A DNA stretch of 64,000 nt from NCBI RefSeq assembly GCF_001194135.2, contig NC_068983.1, forward strand, positions 112,646,272 through 112,710,271. Direction: 5' to 3'. The notes below the pieces were generated by a model, which worked only from the letters and a program-made list of their open reading frames with translations, was not told the origin of the DNA and did not search any database. Numbering within the stretch: the first letter of the stretch is position 1; each line of letters opens with the position of its first letter. Positions 26,135 through 39,021 of the stretch are shown here, piece by piece. The position numbers and the translations under genes were made by a program. The DNA comes from Octopus bimaculoides (taxonomy: Eukaryota).

Positions 26135-26742
26135 TATATACATTAAAACTTTTCAGCTAACTTACATCATTATATTGCCATATTGCCATTTTTAAAACAA
26201 TATTTCCTTTCAGTTGCAGGGTTAATGTCTAAACAAAAGTAATTTTCTATATGTATAGGGACTGCACTTAAATGGAATGTTCTTGCTAGCTATGTACTGA
26301 AATTTTAAGAAATTGGATGTCATAATGTAATTGATTAAATCTTGAAGTAATGCTACTATTAATTTATAAATACACTGATCAGAATATCCCACATTAGTTT
26401 TGGTGACATTTTCTATATAATTTTACACTTGCAGATTTTGGAATTTTGCCAGTCAAATATCAGGCGAATATTTCTTTGTGCCAATATAATTTCTACTGAA
26501 TTTTGTCCCATGATATCACTTTAATTCCTTCTCTTGAAATCTTTGCAACTATAATTTACTAAAGCAAAGAAATTTACATCTGAATTATGGACGATTTCCA
26601 ACAGCACTTATCTACACTTCCAATTTAGATTATTTCAGATGGAGATCTTCCAGCCTACACATCTGTGTATTGATATTCAGTTTTTGAAAAACAGATAATG
26701 TATGTCTGTCATGCACACATGCACACACATCTATGCGCGCAC

Positions 26743-26784
<42 letters not shown>

Positions 26785-26835
26785 GAGTGTGTTTGCATGC
26801 ATGTGTGCTTTGTGTTTGTGTATGTGTGTATTTAT

Positions 26836-27157
26836 NNNNNNNNNNNNNNNNNNNNNNNNNNNNNNNNNNNNNNNNNNNNNNNNNNNNNNNNNNNNNNNNN
26901 NNNNNNNNNNNNNNNNNNNNNNNNNNNNNNNNNNNNNNNNNNNNNNNNNNNNNNNNNNNNNNNNNNNNNNNNNNNNNNNNNNNNNNNNNNNNNNNNNNNN
27001 NNNNNNNNNNNNNNNNNNNNNNNNNNNNNNNNNNNNNNNNNNNNNNNNNNNNNNNNNNNNNNNNNNNNNNNNNNNNNNNNNNNNNNNNNNNNNNNNNNNN
27101 NNNNNNNNNNNNNNNNNNNNNNNNNNNNNNNNNNNNNNNNNNNNNNNNNNNNNNNNN
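26836..27157. other. assembly gap
   Basis: N run flanked by TG/TA microsatellites. Confidence 1.
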
Positions 27158-27223
27158 TATATATATATATATACATGCAAAAATACACTTACACACACAT
27201 GCACACTTACATATATGTATGTG

Positions 27224-27257
<34 letters not shown>

Positions 27258-27849
27258 GATATATAGATAGATAGATATATTTATCTATATATTCTTCTTC
27301 CTAGGTTCTGATTGCTATGAAACATATGTAACCTGGATTTTACCTACTCTCTTCCCTCAATGTGGATTTTTATTCACATACATAGCAACCCTAGTTGCTA
27401 ACCATGAACTACAGAATAACTTTTATCAGCTTATCGAACTTCGATGTGGGAAAAATGTGCAACCTTCTATGCTGATAAAATACTATTGTTCCTGAGAGTT
27501 ATTTTTTGTACCTTCTAAAGACTGCTCAAAACATACTCACTTCCTACATTTAGTTCCTTGGATCTTACATTCACATTTCATTATATACATATATATATAT
27601 TTCTATTGAATTGTGCAAGCTTGAAACATAAAAGACTTTTTCATTTTTCCTGAGTGTGAAACTAATACACTTGCTTGTTGTTCATATACCTGTCTTCATC
27701 TTTTGTGTTCCTATAAAATTCAACTATATATATATATATATATACTGGAGTAAGCACATAAAATGTGCAACAAGGTGGAAAAAAGAGTACTCAGATACCA
27801 GAGGTAGAGTAATATGCTTTATCTAAAAGCAGCAGAAATATAACAAAAG

Positions 27850-27889
27850 ACTGTTACTCGGAGTTTCACGTTCCCATTCATCGGACAGT
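27850..27889 (-). ncRNA. type I hammerhead ribozyme motif with variant core CCGAUGA
   Basis: Minus strand: ACTGT-CCGATGA-ATG GGAA CGT-GAAAC-TCCGA-GTA-ACAGT. Stems I, II and III all close. Confidence 0.65.
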
Positions 27890-27919
27890 TTCTGTCATTC
27901 CTTTCCCATTTCTAACAAA

Positions 27920-27959
27920 ACTGTCCAATGAACGGGAATGTGAAACTCCGAGTAACAGT
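27920..27959 (+). ncRNA. type I hammerhead ribozyme motif, mutated core CCAAUGA
   Basis: ACTGT-CCAATGA-ACG GGAA TGT-GAAAC-TCCGA-GTA-ACAGT; inverted copy of 27850-27889. Confidence 0.5.
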
Positions 27960-27991
27960 CTTTTGTTATATTTCTGCTGCTTTTAAATAAA

Positions 27992-28053
<62 letters not shown>

Positions 28054-28091
28054 ATGGATGGATGGATAGATGGATGGATGGATGGATGGAT

Positions 28092-28428
28092 AATAAAGAT
28101 TTCCTTTGGTCATGAATAACCATGGGATTGCACATAGAATGTTCACCTCTAAGACACAAGTCTAGGTAAGTTTGTTTGTGGAAAACCAGCAGTTGCCCAT
28201 GCATACTAATCTCTCCTCTTCCTGCAACTGATGTTTTCCAAGGGAAAGGCAAGGCCAAAACTGCTTGGCACCAGTATTGTTGCAACTCATTTCTACAGTT
28301 GAGTGAGCTGGGATAACATGAAAGAAAGAGTCTTACTCAAGAACACATACCACAACCCATTCTTGGAATCAAACTCGCAACCTCATGATTGTAAACCTGA
28401 TGCTCTAACCACTGTGCCATGTCCCTTC
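28092..28428 (-). mobile_element. tRNA-derived SINE, local family C
   Basis: Minus-strand head ggcacagtggttagagc...gagtttgattcc (A/B boxes); body homologous to 42433-42769. Confidence 0.8.
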
Positions 28429-28477
28429 AAATATGTATAGATATACATATTTATAAATATCTATATTATAAAAATTG

Positions 28478-28515
<38 letters not shown>

Positions 28516-29204
28516 CTGCCTATAGGAAGACACACTACAGTGTTGATATAAAAACTGAAAACTAATTCTTGTGTAAAATTCAGTGGAAGTGGATCCAAGT
28601 CTCTAGTGTCAAACTTTGAAAGTTGCTGGTTTGCAATTAAAATAGGACTGTTTCTCACATGGTCAGTTATATGTTGGGACAGCCAGAGTGGGGAGCAAGA
28701 ACAATCTTTTCATTTTTGCCCCTACTGGTAAAACCTGAAACATTGTCTATCAGGAAGTTTTTACCATGAGCTCAACAAACTAAAATTTGCAAGATGATTA
28801 ATAACTTTGAATTGATATTGTCAGCATCACACTATATTCGTCTAAGTAAAGCTAATTGTATTTTTGTTTGTTGTAATATTTAAGCTCAATAAATTATAAT
28901 ACATATGTTTTTAGTTTTCCCTGAACTTTTATTTATTTATTCATCATGTACTAGATATAAGCCAAAGCCTGTACAATGTTGTTCCATTTATTGACTGAAA
29001 TACTATAGATCATAGATCAGAAGATTATATGCACCCATTATAATACTGGCCAGAAGAAAACAGCTCTATCGTCTACATAAAAGTTAACAACCATTTCTTA
29101 TATATGTTCAATACAATCAAAATAACTTTCAATATTCATAGTACAGTTTCGGCAGCTTTTTTCAATCCAGTCAATGATGGGTGTTTCTGCTAGTGTGTGT
29201 GCGT

Positions 29205-29284
<80 letters not shown>

Positions 29285-29349
29285 ATCATATATATATATA
29301 CAATTGATTAAGGTAAGGGATTGGCTCTTGACTTGTGTAGTCAACATTT

Positions 29350-29857
29350 TCATTGTGCCCTTGCAATCCCATTCTGTTTGTAGGAAGTGGCACCTCTCCT
29401 GTTGGTGCAGCTTTGCCAGGCAAGATGGTCTTATGCTTGTAATTTCCAGGTGTTGGGACTGATCTTAAAGCTCTTTAGTGAGGCTTTGAGTGTGTTTTTG
29501 AAGCATTTTTTCTGTCCACCTTGTGTGTACTTGTCTTTCACCAGTTCACTGTAAAACAGTCTCTTGGGGAGTCACATACTAGGCATTTGAACAAAGTGGC
29601 CTGTCCACCTGACTTGCTCTCTCCTCGGCAGTGTGTAAATACTTGGCAGATCAACTCAAGAGAGGATCTCTGTGTTTGGGACCTTGTCTTGCTAGATGAT
29701 TTTCAACGGCTTCCTCAGGTAGTTTATGTGGAAGTGGCTTAGCTTTTTGGAGTAGTGTTTGTAAACCATCCAAGCCTTGTAGGGACACAGTAGCCTAGGC
29801 AGTACAACTGCTTGGTACACCTTCAACTTGGTGGACAGCCTAATGTCTGTCTTCACC
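29350..29857 (-). mobile_element. RTE-BovB-like LINE fragment (post-RT C-terminal region)
   Basis: Minus strand: IRLSTKLKVYQAVVLP, QDKVPNTEIL, RWTGH..MP..LPKRLFYSEL..TQGGQKKCFKNTLKASLKSF. Confidence 0.85.
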
Positions 29858-30142
29858 CAGTTCCAGCTAAATTCCACCAGGTAAATTTCAGCATAGGTAA
29901 ATTCCACCATGTTATATTCAACCATGGTAAATTCCACCCATGGACAGATATTATTCCAATTTTGATTACTATTGTTTTTTTTCTTTCATATTGTACTATC
30001 AGGTTTATTGTTTTCTATATTACTGAGCTATCTACTGAAATCTTAACCTTTCACTTGTTGTTATCTTTTCTATTTGCACATTTCTGATTTTCTGGGTTTT
30101 TTTTATTTATTTATTTTTTTGGTATGCTATATTGCTGTAGTG

Positions 30143-33100
30143 CAGTGTTTCCCAAACTTTTCATGCCAAATTGCAATATCACCCACCTATCAGCCATAAA
30201 AATGCTCTATCACCCACCTGTGTAATGAAAACCCTGTTGCTACACAAAATCCCCTAGCACCCTACCACCTGCATCATTTGACACCCACATTATGTCGTAG
30301 ACTTATTGCCCTGTTAGTGTTGTTTGTACTAGATATGCAGTTGTTTACAAATCACTTATTGTGGGTTTAGTTTTGCCATTAGTGTCAATAAAATTGTAAC
30401 GTTAACTCTATATTTTTCAGACAGATTAACTTCTGGAAACTTGCACTTTCTTTTACACTGATTTTCATTTTCCCCCAAATGGACCATTGATCAGAACTAT
30501 CGAGGCAAAAATAATTAATCATGATATTACAAAAGAAAAGAATAAAACTTTCTAATGAGAATCATGTGTCTGGTGCGATGCAGCTAGTGCAGATACATTC
30601 GGTTTCAAACTTGTCAACTTTAGCCACAAGTCTCCTCATTGTGTTACATCCAGTCCAATTCTGCTATGGGTAAGCAAAGTTCCAACATGATTAAAACCAG
30701 ATTCAACCAGGTATGAGATAGGGAAGGCAAGAAAAAGTAATTCCAGATGTTTCCACAGACTGAGGTAGGAATTCAATATACTCTGATGGTACCACAAGCC
30801 TTCTTTGCCATTACAGTGATATCGCATTGTGGTATCATTGTCATTTTGTAATTCTATCAATTCCTCCTGAATGTCATCCTTGCAATCGACTGCATCAACC
30901 TCAAATGGATTGCTATACTAATTTGGAATATTCAGTGCAATAATATCTTGAAATCACTCCACCATGTTATCGCGCGGTGACTGTAAATAGTTGCGATATG
31001 TAGTTAAATCTTCAACAACTAATTCATCTTTCAAAGAATCAAGTTGTGGAAATTGATGGAATTGGCATTTTGAAATGTTAGTCTTATACAACACCAATTT
31101 CAAAATGGAGGTAGTGATAAATGATTTACAATCAATGAGAGTTTTTCTGTTTCCTTACAATAACTTATTTAAATCATCTAATTTTGTGAATATATCACAA
31201 AGGAAAAAGATATCACACCTTGCAGCCATCAATGAAGTGGATAATGGAGTATCTTCAAAGAAAGATATGATTATATGAAACAGTTCAACAAAGGATAAAA
31301 CACAGTTTTCTTTTGACAGCCACCGCATTTTGATAGGGTATAAGAGTTTAGTATGGTCCTCGTCATTTCTCAGACAGAGTTGACAGAAAATTCGATCAGA
31401 CAAGGGACTGGACTTCAATTTGTTTACAGTCTTGATAACTAACCATAGCGCATTATTAAACCTGCCATTCATATTTTTTTATCACTACATGCTGCCAATG
31501 TGCCAGGCAATGAACAGTTAGTATCTGGTGAGAAATTTCATGCTTTAGGAGAGATGAAAAATCTCTGTATCTTCCTATCATCGAAGGGGCTCCATCAGAC
31601 GCACAGGCAAGAATATTACTGAGTGGGATATTATGTTCAAAAAGGAAAGACTTGAGAATGTGAAAAATAGTCCCACCTCTTGAATCAAGCAGAACATTCT
31701 CTGTGCACAACATTTCCTCACAAGGCTGAAGGTCTTCGCTGAAATATCAGGCATATACCATTATCAAACATTGATTGTCCACAACAGTTGACTCATCCAC
31801 TTGTATAGTAAATTCAAAACACTAGAGAATATTAATATAGCTGATGTTTGACATCATTGAACTTTTTATCAATGCTTCAAGAAATTGTGTTATTGCTAAA
31901 TGGGATCTTCTTCATAATGTTATTGGGTTTTTCGTGCATAACGGTTGACAAAACCTCTTCGATAACTGGGTGAAGTAATCTTTCTCCAATTGTGTGAAAC
32001 TTTCCAGACTTAGCAACAAGCAATGCAATGTTGTATGATGCAATCAACTTGTCATTCTCTCGTTTACTAATTTCTTGGAGCAGCATGTTGAATGTTTGTA
32101 TTTTGTTTTTGAAAGAGGAGCTCAATTGCAAAAAGTATGATAACTGTTTGTCCTTCTTCTCAGAATGCTTTGTATCAAAGTGATACTTCAAGCATGAAGG
32201 TTTCATTGCTTTGTTGGTCAATATTTGATGGCAAAGAAGGTACATTGGTAACTGACAGTTCTGAGGAGAGGGAATAAATCCAAATGATAAATAATCACTA
32301 CTGTACTGTCAACAAATTTTTTTGACTGGAGGCATCAGTAAAGTGAAAGTGTGAAAACGAATTTCTACTGATAGCGTCAGAAAGGCAGTATGGTATACCT
32401 AAAGAGAAGAAAAAGTCAACTGAGCAGAGTCAGATGACACGTCTTTACTGGAGCAAATACGGATCTAGTTCGTTTGGCTGCCGGCATTTCAAAAATTAAA
32501 GTTTATCGAACATTTTAAAATTTGGCACATTAACGTACCTTTCTAAGCAAAATTGCTGGAGTTGTTCCACTTTTTGCAGAAAATTGTTAATAAAAAGTTA
32601 TAGACGTTTAAAGTTTGATCATTTTCACCCAGTTAAGAAACACAATTTCAAAGATGTCATTTTGAATTTTGTCAACATCCTGAAAATAGCACTTGTGTTT
32701 TGATATGAAACCACAGAATTATGCACGACATATAACCCCTCATAACTTTTTTTATTTTACAGAGTTTTCAGGAAATTTTTGCAAATTTGAATTCTATATG
32801 AGAGATTTCATACGATTAGGCCAAAAAAAGAAAAAAATTGTAGTGGAGTGTGATTTAAGGCCTAGGCCTATTTGACTGCTATTTTTAGCATGAATGACAA
32901 CCATCTGAATGACTGCGACAAAAATATTCAGTCTATAAACAAGTTCACGTTTTTAATGCAAAGGACGTCTCATGCGAGTTGTCAAATCGATAAAAGTGCA
33001 TCCTTATTCTAGGCATGCCTAGATATCAGTAAATGCTGACTTAATTTCTGAAAATTCATTGTCACCCATAAAATGTTCATAATGTCAATCAAAATCTCAA

Positions 33101-33193
33101 ATCGCCCACCATTTTCTAGAAATTCGCCCATCGCCCACCTGTAAGTTAAAGTCGCCCACCAGTGGGCGATATCACTCACTTTGGGAAGCTATG
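30143..33193 (-). mobile_element. hAT transposon, Charlie/Buster type, full length, decayed (transposase remnant ~32335-30562)
   Basis: TIRs cagtgtttcccaaact and (reverse complement) catagcttcccaaagt; TSD-like ctgtagtg/ctctagta. Protein motifs YLSFGFIP, LLCHQILTNKAMKPS.LK.H..TKH, KFHTIGE, PFSNNTIS, CASDGAPSM, HCLAH, RWLS, SYLVESGF. Confidence 0.92.
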
Positions 33194-33591
33194 CTCTAGT
33201 AGGTTCGCAAAGATTATCTTGATTATCTCATTGTGTCTCTCTTTATATCTCATGTGTGCTATTTTTCCATATTTTATTGCCATATGTTCGATATTTCCTT
33301 TGTGTTTTTATAATATCCTCGTGCCTTTTTTCTTCCATAGTAGTTGTTTCTGTCTCGCAAATACTGTATAATATTTTTATCTCTCATTGAGTATTTGCTT
33401 TGTTTTATAAATTTCAATGAGTCCCTTTTTCATACTGCTTCCTCATTCAGGTGTTTAAAGTATTTACCATGTATTTCTTTGTCTGATTGTTCCTTTATTA
33501 TTTTTTCTCCCTCGTATTTTTTGTATTCATTGACATTATTGATATTATCTTTATGTATTATTTTTTTAATTTCCATTATATTGTAACCCAT

Positions 33592-33612
33592 ATAATAATA
33601 ATAATAATAATC

Positions 33613-33680
<68 letters not shown>

Positions 33681-33725
33681 TATTATTATTATTATTATTA
33701 ATATTATTATTACTATTATTATTAT
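33592..33725. repeat. (AAT)n followed directly by (ATT)n
   Basis: The strand switch lies at about 33680. Confidence 0.95.
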
Positions 33726-34644
33726 TTTCATAATTTCACCTATGGTGTAATTAACCATTGTGGAATATACCGTGGTGAAATTTACCTGGTGGAATTTTCC
33801 ATGGTGGAATTTATCATGGTGGAATTTACTGGTCACCCTTCACCTTTCTTATTTACATAGCCATCCAAATAGTGAACTTTTCTTCATGACACACACACAC
33901 ACACTCATGTGCACATATGTGCGTATATATGAGCTCATATGTGTATGAATTTCTAGGCAGTTTCCTAGGTACGGATATATTCCACCCTCTCACATTGATA
34001 GTTCAAAGTAAAATTCTAGTGTTTATTATGTCTTTCATTCCTAGTCTTCAGCATTGTATAATCATAATCTATGGACAATAGATAATTTCTTTTAACTCAT
34101 GTAACCGTCTACATCATACATTTATAATTGATTTTCTTTACTATAGAAAATGTTCCATCATAAATCACTATGCTGTCTAATGAGTTATGTTGTTACTATT
34201 GATCTAAAAAGAAAATTACATAAATCTTTGCCATTATAGAATAGTACCACTTGGAATGAATGACAGAATGAGTGCTGGTTAGTGATTCAAAGTACTACAA
34301 AAATCCATGTATAATAATCTTTGATGTAAAATATGCATCTAAATTTTTAAACCTAAATTGTCTTAATTTTAATACTGTATAGATGGTATTCATAAATTAT
34401 CTTTACAACTTACACAATTTATTGTATTGTATCATCTAGATGTGTTGCATTCAACCAACCAATGAAATCCACTTCGAAGTGTTCTAATGTTTCTAAGAAA
34501 ATACTATTTGTTTGTCAGTAAATTCTGCTGAATTATCCTTAGATTTTCATGTTTTTTTTCCTGAAATTTTCAGTTGTAAAGGCAAATTAAAAACACCTTG
34601 TATAATTCTTTTCTATTCTAGAGACATGGTCCAAAATTTTTAGT

Positions 34645-34818
34645 GAGGGGCCCAGTCGATTAGATCGATCCCAGTACGCAACTGGTACTTAATTTATCGA
34701 CCCCGAAAAGATGAGAAGCAAAATCGACTTCGGTGGAATTTGAACTCAGAACGTAACAGCAGACGAAATACCACTAAGCATTTCGCCCAGCCTGCTAACG
34801 ATTTTGCCAGCTCACCAC
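34645..34818 (-). mobile_element. SINE family B, relatively young
   Basis: Reverse complement ggtggtgagctggcaaaatcgttagc...gagttcaaattcc. Confidence 0.8.
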
Positions 34819-35014
34819 CCTGTATAATTCATTCTTACACAATGCCTATAAAAACAGATAATCTACTATAATCCAATATAATAGTTTTATTATTTAGTTT
34901 TATATAAACTATATAAATATCTAATTTTTAAAAAAATGGAAAAAGGACTACGGAAACTATTTTTTTTTTTAATAAAAGTAGGTGAGGACATATTTTGCTA
35001 CCCAATATTGCATA

Positions 35015-35127
35015 TTAACCTTTAGCACACTGCATTTTCTCTAGAATGTTCCCCTTGCCACTGCCCTGTTACTACAGGGGAGAAAACTCCTATGGTGACA
35101 TGATGCACCTAGTGTGCTAAAGGTTAA
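35015..35127. mobile_element. 113-bp piggyBac-like MITE
   Basis: Perfect 17-bp inverted ends ttaacctttagcacact / agtgtgctaaaggttaa, including TTAA. Confidence 0.7.
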
Positions 35128-36020
35128 ACGCACCCATAATTTTGATTGAAAAGTATGTATTGTAAATAGAGATTTATAGAATGTTATTCGTTTTTAGTTA
35201 TTCACTGATATCAATGACTGGACTCTGGCCTTGCTGGAGTACAGCCTTCAAAGAATTTAGTCATTCACATCAACAGCACTACAATATTCATCAAACTGCT
35301 AAGTTATGGCATTGACAAAACGGTATTCAACTTTGGTTTGGAGACATGTACATAAATACACATACAGTATGCATACACATGATGGATGTATTCAGCCTCC
35401 TTACTCATAGTTCCTCTTTCTCTTTCTCCTCTTGGACATAAGTCTATCATGCTAGATCTCTTCTGTTCCTCTTCCTATCAAGCTGGTTGGAACAGAAAGG
35501 AACATGTAAATGACTGTGACAACACAGGAAAGAGGAGATGCTCTTTAGTCTTACCAAGATTGAAACAAACTCTCTGATGCCAATTAGTGAATGAACAGAG
35601 AAATCAAAGATTATAGAGGTTCTTTAGGTTTTGCCACAGATACGATAACCTCAATAGTGCTGGTACAATGAGAGAATGCATACAGAACATGCTGTAATGT
35701 GGTTGGCAATGCAATGAGCATCCTATGATAGAAACTATTCCCAAAAATTGTGACATGCAAGATGATTTGGCCTAGGAATAAATTATTATCTAAATGAACT
35801 TCATTAGCTTACAGCTGTTTCCACTTTAAGATGTGATGAAACTCATAGCTGAATGCCTGAGTAACACATCACAGTTTCATCTGAGCCTTAAACAAGTGAG
35901 TGGACAAACAAAAGAGAAAGGCACTCAACGCAGTTTGTAGGAGTTATATATATCATTCGAGTTCTATTACTCTACTTGCATCATCAAATTACACACACAC
36001 ACACAAACACACGTCCTTGA

Positions 36021-36084
<64 letters not shown>

Positions 36085-38965
36085 ACATACATACATATAT
36101 ATATATGTATATATACATACATATATATATATATATATGTGTGTGTGTTACATGCACACACACATATATGCATACATACATATAATATTTGCATGAATTG
36201 GAAAGGGATGTATTTGAAGCAGGATTGCACAAGAATACATTTTTCAAACCAAAAGACTAAATTCTTATAAGCATGTATTTTATATAATTATGTTGTATAT
36301 GTCTTTCTTTCTTTACAATCAAATCAGCTATTTAAGCAATCAGTTATCCAAACAAAATAATCCTTGTTCTTCTGCTCTGGATATTTAATGAGTAACTGTG
36401 CAATTGTGAGCAGCAGCAGTCGACATGTTTGTATACTTTTGAAGTTAATAACTCTAATGATCCATTGATAAATTCATCAAGAAACGTGATGTTATTAATG
36501 GTAATAATGTAAGATAGAGAAATATTGATTGTTAACTTTTACATATTTTCACAGTAAGGTAGGAGACATTTACCAACTATTAAAGAATTAAGTCTACCTT
36601 CACAAAATATAACTTAGCAGTGTGTATTAACATTACAAACAGTCTGTTATCAAACACTTCTGTTTTTTTTTAATTCTTTTTTTTTTTATAAAAGTTTGTC
36701 ATTCCTCATTAATCTCCTTAGATTCTTTTTGTCTCCACATCAGAATCTGTGATCATATATGACCACTATTATGCCTGCAACATTTCTGATAATAAAATGT
36801 CAATATTTCAAAGACATAATGAGGAAATCTAATTAATTCAGCTGAAGGCAAGTATATTATGCTAAAAGGCATAAGCTGCTAAGATCTCTTGAACAATCTG
36901 AAATGGTTTTGAAATATATCTCAACAAAGGATTCTGTAAATCAATGAAAATGATTTGTTAAGGAAATATCTTACTGACTGGGGAGTATTTCTAAATATTT
37001 AAGTATTTAAATACTTAAGTTGTTTCTTTTATCTCCATTTACTGAGTATAAAGAAAAGACATTTGTTAACTAAAATGGAAGAATATACAAATATCTGTAA
37101 ATGAAATCACATATGTTGAATAATAAAACTAGAGAGATAACTTCAAAAAGAGTTGTACATCATTTTAAAATGGAAACATTGCCAATGTACAGATAAAGCT
37201 AATCAGCAGGGAAGTCCACCACCGAAGAGATATATAAATTAGAGCATATCCAAAAAATTTTATTATGCATAGTATCAGAATATACTGTGTAGATAATATT
37301 CTGTTTGAACGTGATGTTCTTCCTATGTATTGTCTAACTATTTTACTGTGTTACACTACATTAACTACAAACTTTCTAATGAATGAAATAAAGCTAACAA
37401 TGATGGCTTTGTCTCTTAGTATGAAATATCTCAAATATATAAATGTAGAAAAATTAAAAGATAGTTCTTTAGAATTACGTTTATATTATTTATGGTGATA
37501 AGGATAATAACAATTATCGATCTCATTGCTATCTTCATAATGTTCATTTTTTGGCCTAAATGGGTTGATCTGAGCAAGACTGTAATATAACTTATTCCCC
37601 CCCCCACCCCACCACCACCACCACCATAATCATTATTATTATGATCATGTTCAACTTCAGCAGAATTTGAACTCAGAACATAAAGCTGAATGAAATGTTG
37701 CTAAGCATTTTGTCCAGCATGCTAATGATTCTGCCAGCCTGCTGCCTACCCTTTTCGATACCAACCAGCTCTGGCTCTGTAGTATAAATGTCTTGTTTTC
37801 ATAAGTTTTGAATTAAAATCTTCTACCAAACCTTAGTCACAGTTATCAACAGATACTTATTTCTATTTTTTTCTTGATATTCCTCTCACCAGGAATATTT
37901 TCACTATCAGTGCATTTTATGTTTTCAACCAGAAGATACCCATATGCATGACATGGTCATATTAGTTGAGATATTTTTTTGTATCCTGTGCACATTGGTT
38001 GTTGCTTTTAATTTCCATTTTGTTCCAGTTTTCTTGCACTTCACTGCTCATGCAACTTTATCTTTAGCATGTCATAATCAAGATAATCAAGCATCATATT
38101 CCTCAAATCAATTCCCAATCATCACACATTAACAAATAGTTTTGGGGTGAGGTGGAGAGGAGAGTGACATTTTATTGCAAACAGAATAATTTATTGAACA
38201 TTAAGTAACTAAAAAACCCTGCAACCCACTAGAAATAGTAATCATATCTTTCTTGAATGGAATATATCAAAAGACATGTTTGTCACGGTGAGAACATCAA
38301 AATCTATTCTGTGATGGCTCACTTGGAACTACAGTAGCAGCATCATACTAACCTTTTTCTATCCTTACTTATTCCACTAAAAGTAAAATTGTCTAGCACT
38401 AATACCTTTAGTAACCACTAGCTCTAAAATGATTGATAATCTGAGGAATAAAAACTAATAGCTACGCTTAGGGAGTTATCTGAGCAATTTGTAGCATATT
38501 CTACTACTGTTATCCTTATATATTTGCTACTGTGGCTCACATTTTCAGATTACAAACAGATATATAATAATGTTTTAAATCATAGTTCATCTACAAATAA
38601 AGTAATTCAACTATGTTAGATGTAATTCTATTGGATTAAAACAAAACTGAATCCAATGAAGACTTTTAAATACATTTGTATTGGTTGAAAACTATGCTAG
38701 ACTTGTTCTTACTGTTACCATGTATTTTATTCTCTAGCATAAAAGAAAGAACTATATAATATATCAAGCAATTGGTTTCTCCCAAAAGAACAAAAGAATT
38801 TTGTTATGAAACATAACAATAGAACAAACATATTTTGGTATGGAATTCAAGACTGTTGTAGCCCATTTTCAACAATAAACAGATGGGAAAATCTTTAACC
38901 ATGTCAGTATTAGTCTACTTAAGAAGAAAATACCACCAGTTTGCATAATGACTTGCGCGCGCATG

Positions 38966-39021
<56 letters not shown>

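Larger units (their letters stand above)
29858..33837. mobile_element. foldback/MITE-like element with inverted arms of 15-bp subrepeats, interrupted by a hAT element
   Basis: Left arm (ggtaaattccaccat)n at 29863-29942; right arm (atggtggaatttacc)n at 33742-33832; cttcacc abuts both ends. Confidence 0.6.

Noticed and set aside
36999-37018. Perfect 20-bp palindrome ttaagtatttaaatacttaa
   Set aside because: Almost all A/T; plausible by chance in 64 kb of this composition.
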